A program made the position numbers and the translations under genes. 54,789 bases of DNA from positions 1-54,789 of the forward strand of contig CASBRB010000089.1 of the NCBI GenBank assembly GCA_949127975.1, read 5' to 3'. This DNA is from Oscillatoriales cyanobacterium PMM_0019. Lineage in GTDB: Bacteria; Cyanobacteriota; Cyanobacteriia; Cyanobacteriales; CASBRB01. A model generated the notes under the pieces. That model searched no databases. It was not told where the DNA came from and was given only the letters and a program-made list of their open reading frames with translations. Below are positions 53,691 to 54,789 of this stretch, piece by piece; the stretch's first letter is position 1; each line of letters starts with the position of its first letter.

Positions 53691-53761
53691 ATAAACAACG
53701 GCGCAGCACATTACAAAAAAAGTTTTTTGTGCTACCATTATATTAGTTAAATTTAAAACTT

Positions 53762-54789
53762 ATGGCAGCATCTGATAGCACGAACCCCAAAAAGACTCCT
53801 AGCTTCGTAGTTGAGATATCCCTGAAGGTACGATCTCAACAGTCTTCTGTTCTCGATGCTCGTCTTCAGGCTGCTAGACAACTCTATAACGCAGTTTTAG
53901 GGGAAGCTTTAACTCGCTTAACAGTCATGCGGGATTCAGAATTATACCAAGCTGCCAGAAAAATACCAAAAGAAAATAAATCAGCAAGAACAGAAGCTTT
54001 TAATCAAGCCAGATCGCATTATCGCTATACTGAATATGCACTCCACACCTACGCTAATAATGTAGCCATTTCCAGCATTTGGATAAAGCAGCATTTGGAC
54101 GTTCACGTTATCCAGAAGATTGCTACAAGAGCATTTAAAGCAACCGAGAGGATAATCTTTGGAAAGGCGAAGAAAGTAAGGTTTAAAGGGAAGGGGCAGT
54201 TTAAGAGTGTAGAAGGAAAATCAAATGCCACTGGGATTAGGTGGAGACACGATAGAGTTGAGTGGAATAGCGAACTACATAAACTGAAGCTACCAGCCAT
54301 TATAAATAAACACGATCCAGTTATTTTATATGGATTGAATAGCCGGATTAAGTATGTGAGATTAATCAAGCGGGAATTAAATAAAAAAACTTACTGGTTT
54401 GCTCAGTTAGTATGTGTTAGCGAAGCGGGACGTAGTCCAGGAAAGCCATATCAAAAACCCAAGAATCAAATAGGGCAAGGAGTTTTAGGGTTGGATCTAG
54501 GAGTTAGCACAGTTGCCATAGTAGGAGACTCAGAAACTTTATGGGAACCCTTTGCAGAGGAACTTAATAACCAACAGCAAGAAATACGTCGCCTACAACG
54601 TAGGATGGAACGCTCTCGCAGAGCCAATAATCCTAATAATTATAATCCCAACTTCAAAGATGCCAAGAGAAAGAAGAAGAAAGGCACTATCAAAAAAGGT
54701 AAGAAGTTTTGGAATAATTCTAACCACTACAGACGGGTTGCTGCTAAAAAACGTGAAATGGAGCGAAAACAGGCAGCACATCGTAAATC
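53762..54789 (+). mobile_element. tnpB: IS200/IS605-family TnpB (OrfB, RNA-guided nuclease-type), 5'-partial, running off the right edge
   Basis: My own translation is MAASDSTNPKKTPSFVVEISLKV...ARLQAARQLYNAVLGEAL...VLGLDLGVSTVAIVG (RuvC-I Asp)...RRLQRRMERSRRANNP. The frame stays open to the end of the window. No tnpA lies upstream. Confidence 0.8.

Overview
The window comes from a filamentous-type cyanobacterial chromosome. The evidence is many GCGATCGC (HIP1) sites, chlB, a pilMNOQ operon, an omega-3-type acyl-lipid desaturase, and dense small dispersed repeats. It is a mosaic of core genes and accessory blocks.

Core genes: rpsU, acnB, folC, a sugar ABC substrate-binding protein, pilMNOQ, HU, cobD, rph and chlB.

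Accessory block 1, about 1.7-20 kb, resembles a defence island:
- a type II R-M pair (amino-MTase plus a 287-aa partner) with a HicB-like mini-ORF;
- an m5C-MTase plus a PD-(D/E)xK candidate. This cassette is bracketed by two 74-bp diverged direct repeats, both derived from the 3' part of an RpoA-alphaCTD-like gene;
- a Uma2 nuclease;
- a DUF1802::Mrr-like nuclease fusion;
- an uncharacterised cassette of two paralogous ~600-aa P-loop NTPases around a 222-aa protein. One paralog is split by an A9 homopolymer frameshift.

Accessory block 2, about 31.5-42.5 kb, is the most interesting part. It is a nucleotide/DNA-modification-like cluster containing:
- two tandem paralogs that I recognise, from memory of the family signature, as alpha-glutamyl/putrescinyl-thymine pyrophosphorylase-like 'DNA base hypermodification' proteins. 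One is fused to a DUF1643 domain;
- a small P-loop kinase;
- two very divergent multidomain thymidylate-synthase-family proteins;
- nearby, a dCTP deaminase interrupted by a 155-aa mini-intein.

Accessory block 3, 43.7-50.5 kb, is an RsbR/S/T stressosome-like module wired to a SpoIIE phosphatase and two hybrid histidine kinases.

Smaller items:
- gene remnants: an adk 5' fragment and a truncated vapC;
- a partial IS605-family tnpB at the right edge;
- a 220-bp MITE;
- a 29-bp tandem array;
- about 10 copies of a ~91-bp palindromic dispersed element.

I found no rRNA, tRNA or CRISPR array. All family assignments come from motif reading without database searches.
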